A DNA stretch of 63,423 bases, the filler included, from Octopus bimaculoides (taxonomy: Eukaryota), in the NCBI RefSeq assembly GCF_001194135.2. It is 5 parts of 5 records of this genome, joined end to end, with 100 filler letters (N's around TTAATTAATTAA, not from the genome) between each part and the next. Parts side by side here need not be neighbours in the genome. Positions count along the whole stretch, not along the records: positions 24,379 to 46,736 come from NC_068983.1; 4 more parts are not named here. One strand, written 5' to 3'. A program made the translations under genes and the position numbers. Below the pieces are notes generated by a model. That model made no database searches. It worked only from the letters and a program-made list of their open reading frames with translations, and was not told where the DNA came from. How positions within the stretch are numbered: the first letter of the stretch is position 1; the number at the start of each line of letters is the position of its first letter. Below are positions 25,433 to 39,406 of the stretch, in pieces.

Positions 25433-26221
25433 CGTACTTTGTGTATGTGTAGTTGCGTGTGCGTTCAAATTGAGAAGCTTTCTATTTCAATCAATTAATG
25501 GGAAGAATCGTTTGATGAATTATTTTCATCCTGTCTGTATTCACTTTCATTCGTTGTCATATGTATGTGCGTGTGTCTGTGTGACTATATATGTATGTGT
25601 ATATATATATTGTCATATTTGATTCTCTTCAGTACTTTCTCACTTTCTTATTTTTCACATCACCTTCTCATTCCCTACACACGCACGAGCGTATGGACCT
25701 TTTCACACACATTCGGTCACTCACACCTACACACACGCGAAATACATCAACGCACATGCACACACACTCACACATGCATACACTGACACAAACACTCACA
25801 CACCCACACGAACAGGATAACTATTTGTGTTGTGTTTCGCACTTCGTAGTTGGAACAGAAGGCAGTACTGTCTCTATTTCATTTATGCTACACAAAATGT
25901 ACTTACGTTGTATCATTACTCGAAATTTATATTGTCTTAACAAAATCTGATGAACATCATACGGATTTAAAACTGACATCGATTCTTTGCTATTCTAGAC
26001 AATCCAATTTCCCCTCTTTGACAGGAAACTTTCTATTTAATGTTCTTCATAAAACACCAGATTTGGTGCGATTTACGACTTTCACGTTATTCGAATTGCT
26101 GTATCCTTTGTACATTATATAATGATAAATAATAAATATTTTGTAAACAATGTAATTCATGACTTTCATAGGTGTACATTACCATACAGATGTGTAGACC
26201 TTTTCGAGCATATAGAAATGT

Positions 26222-26272
<51 letters not shown>

Positions 26273-26819
26273 ATTATTAATCTATATGTCTGTCTATCTA
26301 TATATCTACCTCTCTATCTATGTACCTATGGACATATACTTATNNNNNNNNNNNNNNNNNNNNNNNNNNNNNNNNNNNNNNNNNNNNNNNNNNNNNNNNN
26401 NNNNNNNNNNNNNNNNNNNNNNNNNNNNNNNNNNNNNNNNNNNNNNNNNNNNNNNNNNNNNNNNNNNNNNNNNNNNNNNNNNNNNNNNNNNNNNNNNNNN
26501 NNNNNNNATATATATATATATATATATATATATACTAAAAAATTGTTTTCAACGGTATGATTTCTTTCTTTCTTTATTTATTGTGATGATTATTGCTCTA
26601 ACGGATTTTTTAATTTTATAGCGTTCTAAATTGAACAGTAACTGAAATGTATAATATAAAATTTCTAGGTTTAGGTTTGAGTTAATTTGCCGTTTGCTCG
26701 TTCCTTGCACATTTGGGATGAAAAGTTGTGTGCAATCTATTACTTTTTCATCCTGTTTCGTATATGTTCATGGGTCAACTATGGAAATTGGATTTGAATG
26801 GTTTCTGTTTTTATTGGCT

Positions 26820-26965
26820 GTGTATTGCTAATAATAATGATGATAATGATAGCAATAATAATGGGACCCTGAGGAGATGGAGTATCTTATATTTTATAAT
26901 ATGTTAAAATATTTTATATGTATTAATCATTCTGGATGTTCTGTCGAAATGTACATAGGTCTATT

Positions 26966-27030
<65 letters not shown>

Positions 27031-27070
27031 GTAATAAAGTATTTTCAACGGATCAGTTTTGAGCTCTATT
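26820..27070 (+). mobile_element. Non-coding dispersed repeat with hammerhead motif (solo Penelope pseudo-LTR or retrozyme-like), copy 1
   Basis: Homologous to 51438-51700 in the ribozyme flanks and in the AATAAAGTAT(T/C)TTCAA..TTTTGAGCTCTAT end. Confidence 0.7.
26865..26961 (+). ncRNA. Minimal type I hammerhead ribozyme motif
   Basis: GACC / CTGAGGA / stem II GATGGAGTATCT pairing with GGATGTTCTGTC / GAAA / palindromic ATGTACAT / A17 / GGTC; predicted cleavage after 26957. Confidence 0.75.
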
Positions 27071-27974
27071 TAAAGTTGATATATATACATACAAAAACTC
27101 AACCGTGACGTTTTGCTAAGATTGTTAACAGATACTATATTTTCTGCCAAATTTTTGGTGAAAAAAATATATTTAACACACATATATAATTTTCTGAGCA
27201 GCAATTCAACGAATATTGCACTTCAATTTTCCCTATACGCTAGACTTATTGTATGTTGACGAAATGCAGCATACACTGTTAGCCTAAACGTTCAAGCCTT
27301 CAGTTAAAGTTTACCGTTTCATACATACATACATACATACATACATACATACGCATATCCAAACGCACAAATACACAGACATTTGCGTCTTTGTATGTAT
27401 ACATATATTTATGTGTTTGTATATTTGTGCGTGTGTTTTTGAGTGTGTGTATTGTAATGCGTTAACGTTTGAAGCTGTTGAATTTTTTTCAGTGTATAAT
27501 AGACATTCTTATCATTCAATTATTATCCGATGATTCTGTTTGTTTCATAAAACTTAATTGACTAATTTCTTCACCTATACAATAGAGTTTCTACTCTGTT
27601 GCCATAACAGTATCTATAAACTTAGTTTTTCTGTTTACGTTTTCTGTTGGAAAGTTCATTTTGATTTCTCATCTTATTTTACATATAATAAAATGCAAAG
27701 AATCGATTACGCTGGAGGAGAGATCTAAAATAAACGCAGATAGTGTGAGTGACAACCAGATAGGCTAAATACAGGTGAACTGCAATGAGATTCTTGCCTC
27801 GAAAATAGTTAGGATCTTCATGAAAATGAAATTCAATTACACTTCCATTTTTCCAACACCTCTATTTTTCCATAAGACTTATTCCCATATATATATATTG
27901 CTATGTACATGAAAAAAACACATATATAAATGTGCAAATGACCATGTGCATGTGTGTACATACGTGTGTGTGTA

Positions 27975-28320
27975 TATGAAAAGGTGTTCTTCTGTATCGC
28001 ATGGTTATGGATTCAATCTTACTGGCACCTTGCAAATGTCATCTGCTATAGGGCCTAGGCGACAAAGACTTTTTGAGTGGGTGTGAAACAAGAAATCTAT
28101 TGTATGTATTCATATCAATATGTGCATGTGTGACTATGCTTGGCCAACAGTGGCACTGGATAACCGGGCTTGGATTGTTTACGTCCCGGTAACTAAGCGG
28201 TTCGGGGAAACAAACTGCTACAGGTTGAAGAAATACGCGTTTGGAACGATTTGATTGACTAAAGGATTTCAAGCCCGTTCCCCTGCATGGCCTCAGCCTA
28301 ACGACTAAATCAAGATATAA
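27975..28320 (+). mobile_element. Highly diverged SINE family A copy
   Basis: GCACCTTGCAAATGTC and GTTTACGTCCCGGTAACTAAGCGGTTCGG blocks. Confidence 0.6.
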
Positions 28321-29432
28321 CATATATGCGTACGTATGTGTCTAGTGTGTGGGGTACTTGTTTCAGTCATTTTTGCTGCAGACAGACCAGGGCATCCCCT
28401 CGAAGAATTGTTAACCGAATAAACCGACACTTTGCAATAAAAAACACCAACAAAATAGCAATTTAGTAGAAACTCTGAAATTTTAGAAAAACATTTCATT
28501 TAGATTTATAACATAGAGAGAATGACTCCAGCACTAATCGCTGCACATGCAGAGACAAATCTAAACGCCATCCAAAGCAAGACTGCGATGTATCGCCCTT
28601 TGTTTACGCAACACATGTTTCAGCAAATTACGACAATGGTGGTATAAATATCAAATTTAATACCGGAGTTATAGAAAGAAAATTTAGATTTAGAATTAAT
28701 AACCATGCGTTTTAATTTTAGGTACCGTGATAAAAGATATTCAGCAACCCTTTCGGTTTAAATCGGGAAACTTAAAGATGAAGGTAGCAGTTCCAGTATC
28801 AAAGGAAAAATCCTGTCTAAATCCAGGAATTATTCATGGGTCTAAAAATATTCAGCGTGTTTGCATGAAAATTTATTTATGAAAATACTGCATAGCCTCC
28901 AACTAATACCTAAATTAGAGGAATGAGATTTTTGCTTTATATCCGCATTTCAAGAAATACATCTCGATATTAAATAGTAGACAACCAGACACTTAGCAAA
29001 CAATTAACATCTGGTTTACGTCTGCTTGATATCATATTGTAACGTTGTTTATCTCCCTTGTGTTTTTCCATTCATTTTTCAGGCACTTTTAATACGTGCT
29101 GTTACTGCTGTTACTACAATCCACTTGCTAGGTTTTGTTGACGGGAACTGAAATAGGCCCACCATACTCATGCATACATATGTTTGTGAGCATGGGTAGA
29201 TTGCAATTACGTAGCTATATATATCAGGTGGTGCTATTAAGTCAGACATGGCCTGGAGCAATCTTTGGTCGAAGCAAATCTAAGTTTTATCTAAGTTTTT
29301 ATGTATGTCAATTTATATACATTTATAAACACATGCACACAATTACATAAACGCATATATTATGCTGTCTATCTGCATATATATGTGTTTGTGTGTATGT
29401 GTGTGTGTGAGTGTGGCTGAGTGTGTGTGAAG

Positions 29433-29600
29433 AAGGCGCATGACTCAGTGGTTAAGGTATTGTATACACGATTACGAGATTGTAGCCTCTATTCCAACGG
29501 CGTTGTGTTGTGCTCTTGAGCAAAGCACTTCACTTCACGTTGGTCTGCGATCATTTCCTCAGCTGACATCTGCCATCCGTTGTACCAGTGAAGGTAATGT
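29433..29600 (+). mobile_element. Degraded tRNA-derived SINE head related to family C variant
   Basis: GGCGCATGACTCAGTGGTTAAGG (A box), CTTGAGCAAAGCACTTCACTTCACGTTG. Confidence 0.55.
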
Positions 29601-29795
29601 CGACTTGATGGAAGGGGTGAGCTTGTGTGCACACAAATATTTTTATGAGAATACTTCTGTAGTATATATATATATATATATATATATATCGACAATTTCT
29701 TATCGAACAACCACACAAATGATTTGTTTATAGTGATAAAGCGTTTAAATATAGTACACCTTGTGGTTCACATAATTCTCCCATCGGCGTTGCAG

Positions 29796-29892
29796 AGTTT
29801 GTATCCGATTTCCGAATCCGATACTGTTCGGCAAAAGAGTCATCGACAGTAGCTTTGACATCGTCATCATTGCGAAACTGGTTCCGAGTCAG
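29796..29892 (+). CDS. Candidate 97-nt exon of an unidentified gene
   Basis: ttctcccatcggcgttgcAG acceptor, CAG|GTGAGT donor then T-run; CpG-rich unique sequence; two of three frames open. Confidence 0.4.
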
Positions 29893-32596
29893 GTGAGTTT
29901 TTTTTATTTTTTTTTATTTTGGAAAGGATATGATCATCATATAGAACGATACGAAGAGAATAGCGAAAGTGATAAATTAGTTCAACACCACTTTCACGCA
30001 CAGCAGACATTGATTTTAACAACTGCAATGTGAGAGCATTGCCCTAATTAAAGAAAATTCCCGTCGTCAGTTTTCCCTTTCATGATTTTATCCATGCTGC
30101 TGGTGGAAGCGAACATAGGACTTAAGTATCAGATTGTTCTTATAAATGTATATTCTACGTGAGAGACTATATTACCTTAGGGTACATTAGTGGAGCGTAT
30201 TCTTTAAAATACAATAGGGCTTTAATTCTTATATAATTTAAACACATTTCTCTTAATCCATCAGAGTGGATAAAACCTTCCACAAAACTACATAGGAATG
30301 CCAACCTTCGATGAAAATATACAGTTACTGAATCACATAAATGTACATCAATGCTGCATCAAACGAGACAAAATATTTATCCAGCACAGATATGTTTCGG
30401 GCTATAATTTAATGAGTATAATACTGTACAAAATATATTTTGAGGTTGTATTTTCCTCCATTGTTCTGTATGATGTCTCGATTAAACGTAAATTTATTTA
30501 GGAATATAGGTATTTGTACATGCAAACATACACGCACCTGCCAAATACTTACGCACACACAGATACACACACACAACGCCACAAGTGGAAATACGAGATT
30601 TTTTTCTTATTTGAGTGTATTCCAGCATGTTTGTGTGTGTGAGTATCTGGCTGGGTTCTTTTGGGAAGGCAACTATTCACGTATGTGTATGCATTTGTGC
30701 ACCCTTCGTGCCTTTGTGTGCGCGTGCGTGTTCCTTCGTACGCATGTGTAGCTAAATGAGATATCTTTATTTCTTCCGACCGCTCGTAACTGCTTCCAGC
30801 TGTTTGTGGCTTTATATTTCTATATGATAAATACAAGATTCTCCTGCATGTTGGATTTTTCCTTATATCATGTTATTCCTCTATAATAATTCAGCTTCTG
30901 TTTAGACGCTTACTGTCCTATGTTTAATAGCAAAGGACGAACTTTCTTCCAAAACATGACCCTTCTATAATATGCTTTAATGCCCTTTGTACCATACATC
31001 TGCATACACTTTATACAAACATTCGCATTGCACAAGTTATCGGTATCCATTTAGTGACACATGTCATTTTATACACATATTATTGTTGACAAACCCAAGT
31101 TTAATCTTAAACACTGACGTGCACAAACACACACATGAAATGACTTATGGAGTTTCTAAGTATATACATATGCAAACTCACTCCACATATATATTTTTGT
31201 CTACTGTTATTATTGTTTCCCACCAAGGACCTGTTACATCACTTACATTCTCTATCTATGCCCTCGTTCATTTCACCTCTCTTATATAATGTAACATGTT
31301 TTATGATGGCATCATACATAGCATAATTCATCCATGCATATCTGTTTGCCCGTGCGTTCTCACATGTATCAATTCACCAGACATTTATGATCAGCTAAAA
31401 GAAACCCCGCTTTAAGAGCCATACGGGAAAAAAAGATGCACACACTTCAGCTCTTTGTTGCCTATATACGAACACATACATCTGTAAACATGCTTCACAC
31501 CCACACCATAATCTTACATATTTGACACACTCTCAGACACATTCTCTATCTCTCTGCCTGCCTGTCTGTCTGTCTCTCCCTCCCTTTCACACGCACACAC
31601 GCATGCTCTCGCTCTCTGCTCTTTCTCACTTTCTCTCGCACACACAAATGCACGACAGCTTCCTTCTCGCATATACAGACGCAGGAAATAGTTCACTGCT
31701 GACGTTATTATTTGCTTCTACATGTATTAGTCATATTTCCATTAACAATGTCCACATTTCTCTGTTAAATAAAAAAGCAAATCTACTCTATTACTTTCAC
31801 TCTAATATCAAGCATATTGCATCTGTCTACCCTACTGCATATTGCAAACTTCACTCGACAGTGTCTATAATTTCTTAATCCTTTTACGTCAAATAAAATT
31901 TCCCTGATTTTTCTACGTAATGTTAAATAAATCAACTTTTCACTTTCATGTTGTCTAATTCTATATCATTTCACCTCTACATGCCGTAGCTCTCATGAAT
32001 ATTAAAATAATCTGCTATGAAATATTTCACTAGCGTAAACTTAATACAGAGTCCTCCTGCATGTTTATTTTATTGAAACTGTAGTATTTCCCAAGTGATA
32101 ATGAGCTGCATGCACTCACACACTCACGTGCATAAATGCACTCACACACTCATGCGCGTAGATGCACTCACATAAATACACAACATTGTATCAAAACTAT
32201 AAAATGATGTCTCTAGGTGCATTCTGTTCTGGCTCATTAGTGAAATACGTACAGGGTTTAAATGAATAAATTTAGTTGTACGTACCACTCAATCATATTG
32301 TACGTAAGAAATATAGATGAAATAACGATCGCTTTTAATCATGCTCTTAAAATAATATTTCTGTTGTTAAATGGTGTAACATCAAGGACGTAGATTAGGA
32401 TTCATGGTACGAATTATTCTGTCGCATGATTCAGGAAACGCATTATTCACTTACATAGTCCATTGTGAAGATATATAACTTTACATTCTTAAATAGTAAG
32501 CACAAGTATATTGAGAAGACGACCACAGATTGCTTGGTTACACATGAGACTGATGTATTTAATGGATCCATATAATTGTATTTCAGAACAATGTGT

Positions 32597-32636
<40 letters not shown>

Positions 32637-32903
32637 GCATCTATCTATCTATATCTATATCTATCTATCTATCTACCTATCTCTCTCTCTCTCTCTCTCT
32701 CNNNNNNNNNNNNNNNNNNNNNNNNNNNNNNNNNNNNNNNNNNNNNNNNNNNNNNNNNNNNNNNNNNNNNNNNNNNNNNNNNNNNNNNNNNNNNNNNNNN
32801 NNNNNNNNNNNNNNNNNNNNNNNNNNNNNNNNNNNNNNNNNNNNNNNNNNNNNNNNNNNNNNNNNNNNNNNNNNNNNNNNNNNNNNNNNNNNNNNNNNNN
32901 NNN

Positions 32904-32940
<37 letters not shown>

Positions 32941-33670
32941 ATATATGTATGTCAAAATGGTGTGTTATGTTAGCATTCCACATATACAAGAACAGACATA
33001 CGAATAATACAACACATCTCCATCATCAGGTGTCCCACGGATATCATCATATTTTCGACTCCTTGGCAGTACCATTCAATCCAGCAAAGTCAACAGCACT
33101 AAAATAGGTGTTGTCTGGGACAAAACATACAAACAACACATCTTTCAAACACATTTACCCTGTGTACAACTGTATCGGTAAATAAATTCAATAAGAAATT
33201 TAAAACTAACTCTTAAATGTGTAACTAAACAGCGACCAATCCTTCAAGTCATACAAAATTTATATTCCCTAACGCCTTCCATAGTATAATATAAAAGTGA
33301 AAGTCTCATAACCACATTCATTCAAACAAATTATAGGCAGTAATAAACACCGACTTTAATAAAACTAAAACAAAGAAACACATAAACCAAAGCACATCGA
33401 ATTGGTATAAATAGTAAACCTGCAATAACTAAATTATATGCTAAATACAAATAATAATCTCACCAGTCTTTCATAGTTACTGTTATAATAAAATGTTAAA
33501 GAGCTTTATATAAATCTCTCCAAAACAAAACAAACATGACAGAATTTACTTTAACGAATATTATAATAATTATGAGTGAAATACATTATTTCATCTTTCA
33601 AAAGTTAATGATAAAACACTTCATACTCATTAATATATCACCACAACAAGCTATAATATTAAATTAAGAG

Positions 33671-33713
<43 letters not shown>

Positions 33714-35629
33714 GAAGGAGAAATAAAATTAGTTATCACGTGACTAATCTGATGCATGCTGCACGTTTTCCATTGCTTAATGCGTCTTTACTGTAAGGTG
33801 AACGATTTGAACTGGCAACGGGACGATTTCAACTGGCAAATAATGTGGGGTGTGAAATCGCTCGCGTAAAGTTTGAAGATGGCAGCGCAAACAAAGAGTA
33901 AAATGATAGTGAGTGTCAGGTCGGCTACCAAAATAGTGAGTCTGAAGTTAGCTTCGAAAAGAATTTTCTTACATAAATTGTTACACATTTTTCCTCGTCC
34001 CATATACATTTATAGAACTATAAGAACATTTAAAAATGATCAAACATAATTTCGTTCGTTATTGGTTTGCATATAATAATGAGAATTACAACGAAAACTT
34101 CATTTTGACTACTTCCCTAATAAGTGTTATTTATACGTTCAACAGACGATATACGAAACGCATGCAAGACATATGCCATGCGGACTAGCAATATGATGTC
34201 TCAAAGAAAATATAGAATCAGAAATATTACCTTTTCAATTCTATTTTTAATGCGGTCAGAAGAAATAATACGGGAACGCAAATTGTATTTTAAAAATGAG
34301 GAAATGTTGCGTGCCACAACATTCATTGTATTCATAAGTATATATTTGGGTGTAGAAAGCATTGACATACATATCAGAACAATTTGCTTCAGAATCCTTG
34401 GTATTTTGAGTTTCAAGCATGAGGATAGACTTCGGCTATTGGAGTCTGAATTACGGTTCGATTGAAGAGAGTCAATGTTTGGTACTGGACGTAAAGATCT
34501 GACTGCTCGAGAAAGATCACGTGGTGTATCAGTCTGATAATAGGAATTTGCGACGACAATTACTTCGAAAATATCGCATGGTAAACAAAAAGTCGACCAC
34601 ATGAGGAACAGCAAGTCGACCGCATGAGGAACATAAAATCAACTGCCTGGTGGACAGAAGATAGGTCGTGTGGTGGAGGTGGTGGTGGTTTGGCCGTAGA
34701 TGTGGCAATACATATGTATATATGCATATATACATGCTGATAAATGTGCGTGCATACCTTTGTACTTATACGAGTATGTATGTCTGTTAGGTAAACATTC
34801 ACACAATCACGCGTACGTACAACAGAAGCGCTCCCACACTCATGTATGTGTGTGTATGGGTGTGTGTGTGTGTGTGTTTATGACTTGTGATCTTTGCTTC
34901 TTTGTGTATCTATATATATACATGTGAGAGTGCACGTGTGTGCGTGCATGAACGTGTATGCGCGTATGAACGTGTGTGCGTGTGTGTACGGGCGCACACG
35001 CGGATGCCTGTATGTAGGTAATAGCGTTCTTTTTGCCAAAACTTAAAAAATTTTGTTCGTTTTTTGTAATTGTGAATTTTTTTCGCCATGAACGGTTTGT
35101 GTTTTTAAACGGAATGTATTTTTTGTGATGTTATATCTGTTCTTGAATGATGTGTAAAGAAATTTTGATTGAAGCATCTTAATGAATTGTTTATACTGAA
35201 ATATATATTGAAGAAGATAAATATGTTCTTTTGAATTTATACGTTTTTGCGTCGTAACTCCTTTATTATTATTATTATTATTTATNNNNNNNNNNNNNNN
35301 NNNNNNNNNNNNNNNNNNNNNNNNNNNNNNNNNNNNNNNNNNNNNNNNNNNNNNNNNNNNNNNNNNNNNNNNNNNNNNNNNNNNNNNNNNNNNNNNNNNN
35401 NNNNNNNNNNNNNNNNNNNNNNNNNNNNNNNNNNNNNNNNNNNNNNNNNNNNNNNNNNNNNNNNNNNNNNNNNNNNNNNNNNNNNNNNNNNNNNNNNNNN
35501 NNNNNNNNNNNNNNNNNNNNNNNNNNNNNNNNNNNNNNNNNNNCAGCAATGAAAAATAATTCAATTTTTTTTTTTTAACAAAATAATATTTACATTTGTC
35601 TGATCTATGTCCTCATCTTGTTTGTTGTC

Positions 35630-35675
35630 AACACAACGTTTCGGCTGATATACCCTCTAACCTTCATCAGGTGTT
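35630..35675 (-). ncRNA. Minimal hammerhead ribozyme motif in Penelope pseudo-LTR
   Basis: AACAC / CTGATGA / A-GGTTA..CAGCC imperfect stem II / GAAA-CG-TT (palindrome AACGTT) / GTGTT. Confidence 0.6.
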
Positions 35676-35737
35676 TTTGGAAATTTCGAATCTGTGTTTT
35701 TATTCCTAAAGTATTTTTCGATGTTATATTTGTTATT

Positions 35738-35813
35738 CAGGTCATTGCCTGGAATCGACCTCGGAACCTTAAGGTTGGTAACCCGCGCTGTTAACCATTA
35801 CTCCATATACCTG
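35738..35813 (-). other. 76-nt tRNA-like module between the Penelope ORF and the hammerhead
   Basis: CAGGT..ACCTG acceptor-like ends, A box TGGAGTAATGG, B-box-like GGTCGATTCC; stems too imperfect for a functional tRNA. Confidence 0.6.
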
Positions 35814-38594
35814 TGGGTATTAGCAGATTGAATTTTAGGGCTTATAAATCTAATATTTCCCTATCCTTCCTTAATACCGCTTCCCATATGCTATTCATAC
35901 CTGCACTCGGTCTGCTTAGGAGGTCGTTGTGACCTAGCATATGTGCTGCTTCTTTTAGTTTTCGTATTTCTAGTGGTGTTCCCTGTCTATTTTTTTAAAA
36001 CTTCATCACACAGGAGGAGGTGATCTCCATTTTTCCATACATGATCAGCTATACCCGATTTATCAATACCTCCTCGAGTCACAACTTTCCTATGTTCCTC
36101 TACACTTATGATGATGGGTTGGCATGTTTTTCCTTTGTATAACCTAATACAGCTGCATGGGATGAGGTAGACGCAGTTTTTGGTTATAGTCTCTACACTT
36201 GGTAGTTTTACTCGATGGAGATATTTGGCAATTGTAGTATTACTCTTAAATATAGAACTGTATTAAAAGAATATTTATTAGTTTTTCTGAATTTCCTGGA
36301 AAAATTTGATTACAATGAAAAATGGGCGCGCAAGCATTTTAATATTCTTAAGCTTTTACACCTCGAAAAGTAAAGAACGAAATTTCTATAGTAGAGTTTG
36401 CTAAGTTCGCTATAAAGGATATGAAAAAGAAATTTAAATTAAATTTGTACTGTACTGAAAAATTGTGGCCGAGAATAGCAGTTTTAAAATTAAAGTGCAT
36501 ATTAGTAGGTACATTTGAGATAAAGTATTTTATTTATCATGAAAATCATTAAAAGATGTAGATCTTTAAAATCCTGTTACAAAACTAATCAAAAATGAAT
36601 TTTAAAAATTGTATTTTTTCTAATCATATTTTTAGGCATGCATAATTAAAACAGTTATTTTATTGCACACAGTTTTTAACGTTGGTTGCAGTAGAATGGT
36701 TATTAAATGGTCTCAAATCAACTTATGCTCAGTCAATTTCTCCACATTGATGAAACAAAACAATTAACCGGACAAATAAATCATACGTAAAATATATTAA
36801 TTAGCATTAGTCCAGTAGAATTAGCCTAATTTGTCTTTGACTAATTCGTTACTTCACTTAATTCGTCACTTTCAGTTTTAAACTTTGGCTGACTAACTAA
36901 GCGATTTCTACTATATTTTAAAATGTTTTATTTTATTTTATGGATACTGTGTTTGTTTTTCCAAATATAAGCTGATACGGACTTAAATAATGTTGATAAA
37001 ATAATTTTTTTATGAAAATAATAAAAAATTACTGGGGCTGTACATGAAAAGAGTTTCTTAATATAAGCGTATAGGCTTAAAGTCGGATGGGCCTCTATTT
37101 GGAAAAACACAGGAATGTTTTTATAATTGTTGCGTTGATAAAATATTATCCTCGGCTGCAGTATTTGTAGGTGCAGTAACATTTTAATTTTAAGTCATTT
37201 TAGTTTCATTTAGAGGTGACGAAAAAAGCAATTTCAATTGTAGACATCTTGTTCTGTACTTTTCCAGGTGTAATATCTTAAGAATACTAACAAGCATGTG
37301 CCCGCATTTTTCGTTGTAATATATGTAAATTTATATTACAGGGTGTTAGCTCTGGATTTGAATGTATGCATAAAAGGAAAAAAGAAAACACTGTATACTA
37401 TATATGAATAAATGTATTAAAAGAATTAAACGTATCAACTACATCATGATTGTAAGACAGGCCTTTTCTCAAAGAAGCAGCGTTCAACTCCCACCACAAG
37501 TACAAGACGCATCTGGAACCTAGCGCATACATTCCTCACTGAACATATTTGAACATCTTCTCGATCATAGTCCTGTAGGCAGAGCCGTTAGTGTGTCTAT
37601 CACCTGCTCCTCACATACAGTAATCCTTGGGATTACAATCTTCTGAATTAGGTGACTAGATATTTAGGCTAGTGAAGTGGAAGAAATTCCCAGACAACCT
37701 CCTTTGACACTTTTCGAAGGTTTGGCAAGGAACCAAAATTTGCTGGCACACTGGCCCTTCCAGCAGAAATATGTTCCACCCGTGCTTGTCCGCAGCTTCC
37801 AGCTGATTCACCTAGAAATGTTCATTGCACCTAAGACCCTATTGAACGATATCGAATGAATGCCGTCGGTGGGGGGACGCTGTGACTACGCAGGTCGTGT
37901 CTCTTCCTGTTGTCCTCAGTTGCGTATGGTCTGTTGCTGATGCTCATGGCACGTCCTACACCGTCATTAGTGTCCACTGAGCATTGGGCAGCTGCCTTGT
38001 GTCCGCATTTTCATACCTGGCAATACCGATCACTATAAAGGCAACTCTTGTTCAATATGCTGATGGCATTCAGTGCTCCATGTCACTTACAGTTTTCTTA
38101 ACTTCAAATTTCATCCGTATACTCAACAACGTCGTTCACTGTTCATGAATACATAAATATGTTCTTGGAAAATATAGACACTACATACTCTCAAATTTAA
38201 CCCGTAGATCCTGCATATATGTATCGTTTAACTATTTTTGTGAATGGATTGAGATCATGCTGGTGCAACACCATAATAAGATTGGCAGAATTCATTGACA
38301 ACAATACAGTTTGCTTTTATGGTTTGTGCCTTTTCGGTTCATTCTTTCTTACCGAACAGATAATTTACAAGGAAACGAAGAAACCAGTACCGCTTGTCAA
38401 GAGCTAGTATTAGAGAAATACAAACACATACTGGACGATCAGTTTCCCCCATCCAGTTCTACTCAGAAGGTTATAATATAAGACAATTGCATATAATGAC
38501 ACGCAACGGGACTGAAGCTGGATAAATTTGGTTTAGATGCATCTTTCCTTCCAGAAACCCATGTAATATTCATAATCTATTTGAAACATATAAT

Positions 38595-38812
38595 TATCCT
38601 TTCTACTATAGGCACAACGCCTGAAATTTGGGGAAAGGGCTAGTCAATTACTTTGATCGCAGTTGCTCAAATATTGACTTATTTTATCCTTCTCGAAAGG
38701 ATGAAAGGTGACACCCGCCACATAAATATATAAACTCAGAAAGTAATGGCGGGCGACATGCCGCTAAGTATGTCGCACGTCGTGCTATGCTGACAACTAT
38801 GCCAGTTCACCA
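38595..38812 (-). mobile_element. Diverged SINE family B
   Basis: Reverse complement of CATCCTTTCGAG and GTGCCTATAGTAGAAAGGATAA tail. Confidence 0.7.
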
Positions 38813-38875
38813 GCTTATTTTAATATATAATAACATATTTCCAATAAAAGCACATCATTATTAAATTGCTCTAAT

Positions 38876-39090
38876 GCGGCGAGCTGGCAGAATCGATACC
38901 TTGCCGGTCGAAATACTTTGCGGCATTCCGTACGTCTTTAAGTTCGGAGTTTATATTTCACCGAGATCGACATTGCCTTTAATTAATTCGTGGTCGATAA
39001 CATAAAACTACTTGAGTAAAGGGTTCGATGTAACCGACTATCACCCTCCCGCAAATTTCAGGTTGTGTGCCTACAGTAGAAATGATTATT
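38876..39090 (+). mobile_element. Diverged SINE family B, head-to-head with previous copy
   Basis: GCGGCGAGCTGGCAGAATCG head, GTGCCTACAGTAGAAATGATTATT tail. Confidence 0.8.
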
Positions 39091-39368
39091 CCATCCCCTT
39101 GAACCCACACTCACCTAAGAATATAAAAAATTATATTTCAAATCATGGAAAGATACGGCACGTTGGGTTGTCATAAATTTAATGTATAGCGGTGACTTAC
39201 TACCTAATAGTGTGATCTTCAACACGAAAGTATTCTTTAAGAGAATGACAAATTTAGACAAGCTGCCATCTCAGCGTTGCTTAAAACATATCGCTACGCT
39301 TCAGAGTGTACTGTAATGATAAGCACGATCCACGTACATATATACATGAATCCATATACATGCATATA

Positions 39369-39406
<38 letters not shown>

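Larger units (their letters stand above)
35590..36190 (-). mobile_element. Penelope-like element 3' end: GIY-YIG endonuclease remnant plus pseudo-LTR
   Basis: 36186-35842 translates to KNCVYLIPCSCIRLYKGKTCQP..EEHRK..KSGIADHVWK..IDREHH..RKLKEAAHML..LLSR; stops and frameshifts. Confidence 0.88.

Noticed and set aside
33020-33040. Minus-strand GGACAC-CTGATGA hammerhead-like start
   Set aside because: No downstream GAAA or matching stems.
34124-34465. 113-aa ORF and nearby short direct repeats
   Set aside because: No recognisable motif, AT-rich composition, no splice support.
37470-38100. GC-richer island with GGTYFCWKG on the minus strand, reminiscent of an RTE endonuclease
   Set aside because: Only one short motif amid many stops; cannot assign by eye.
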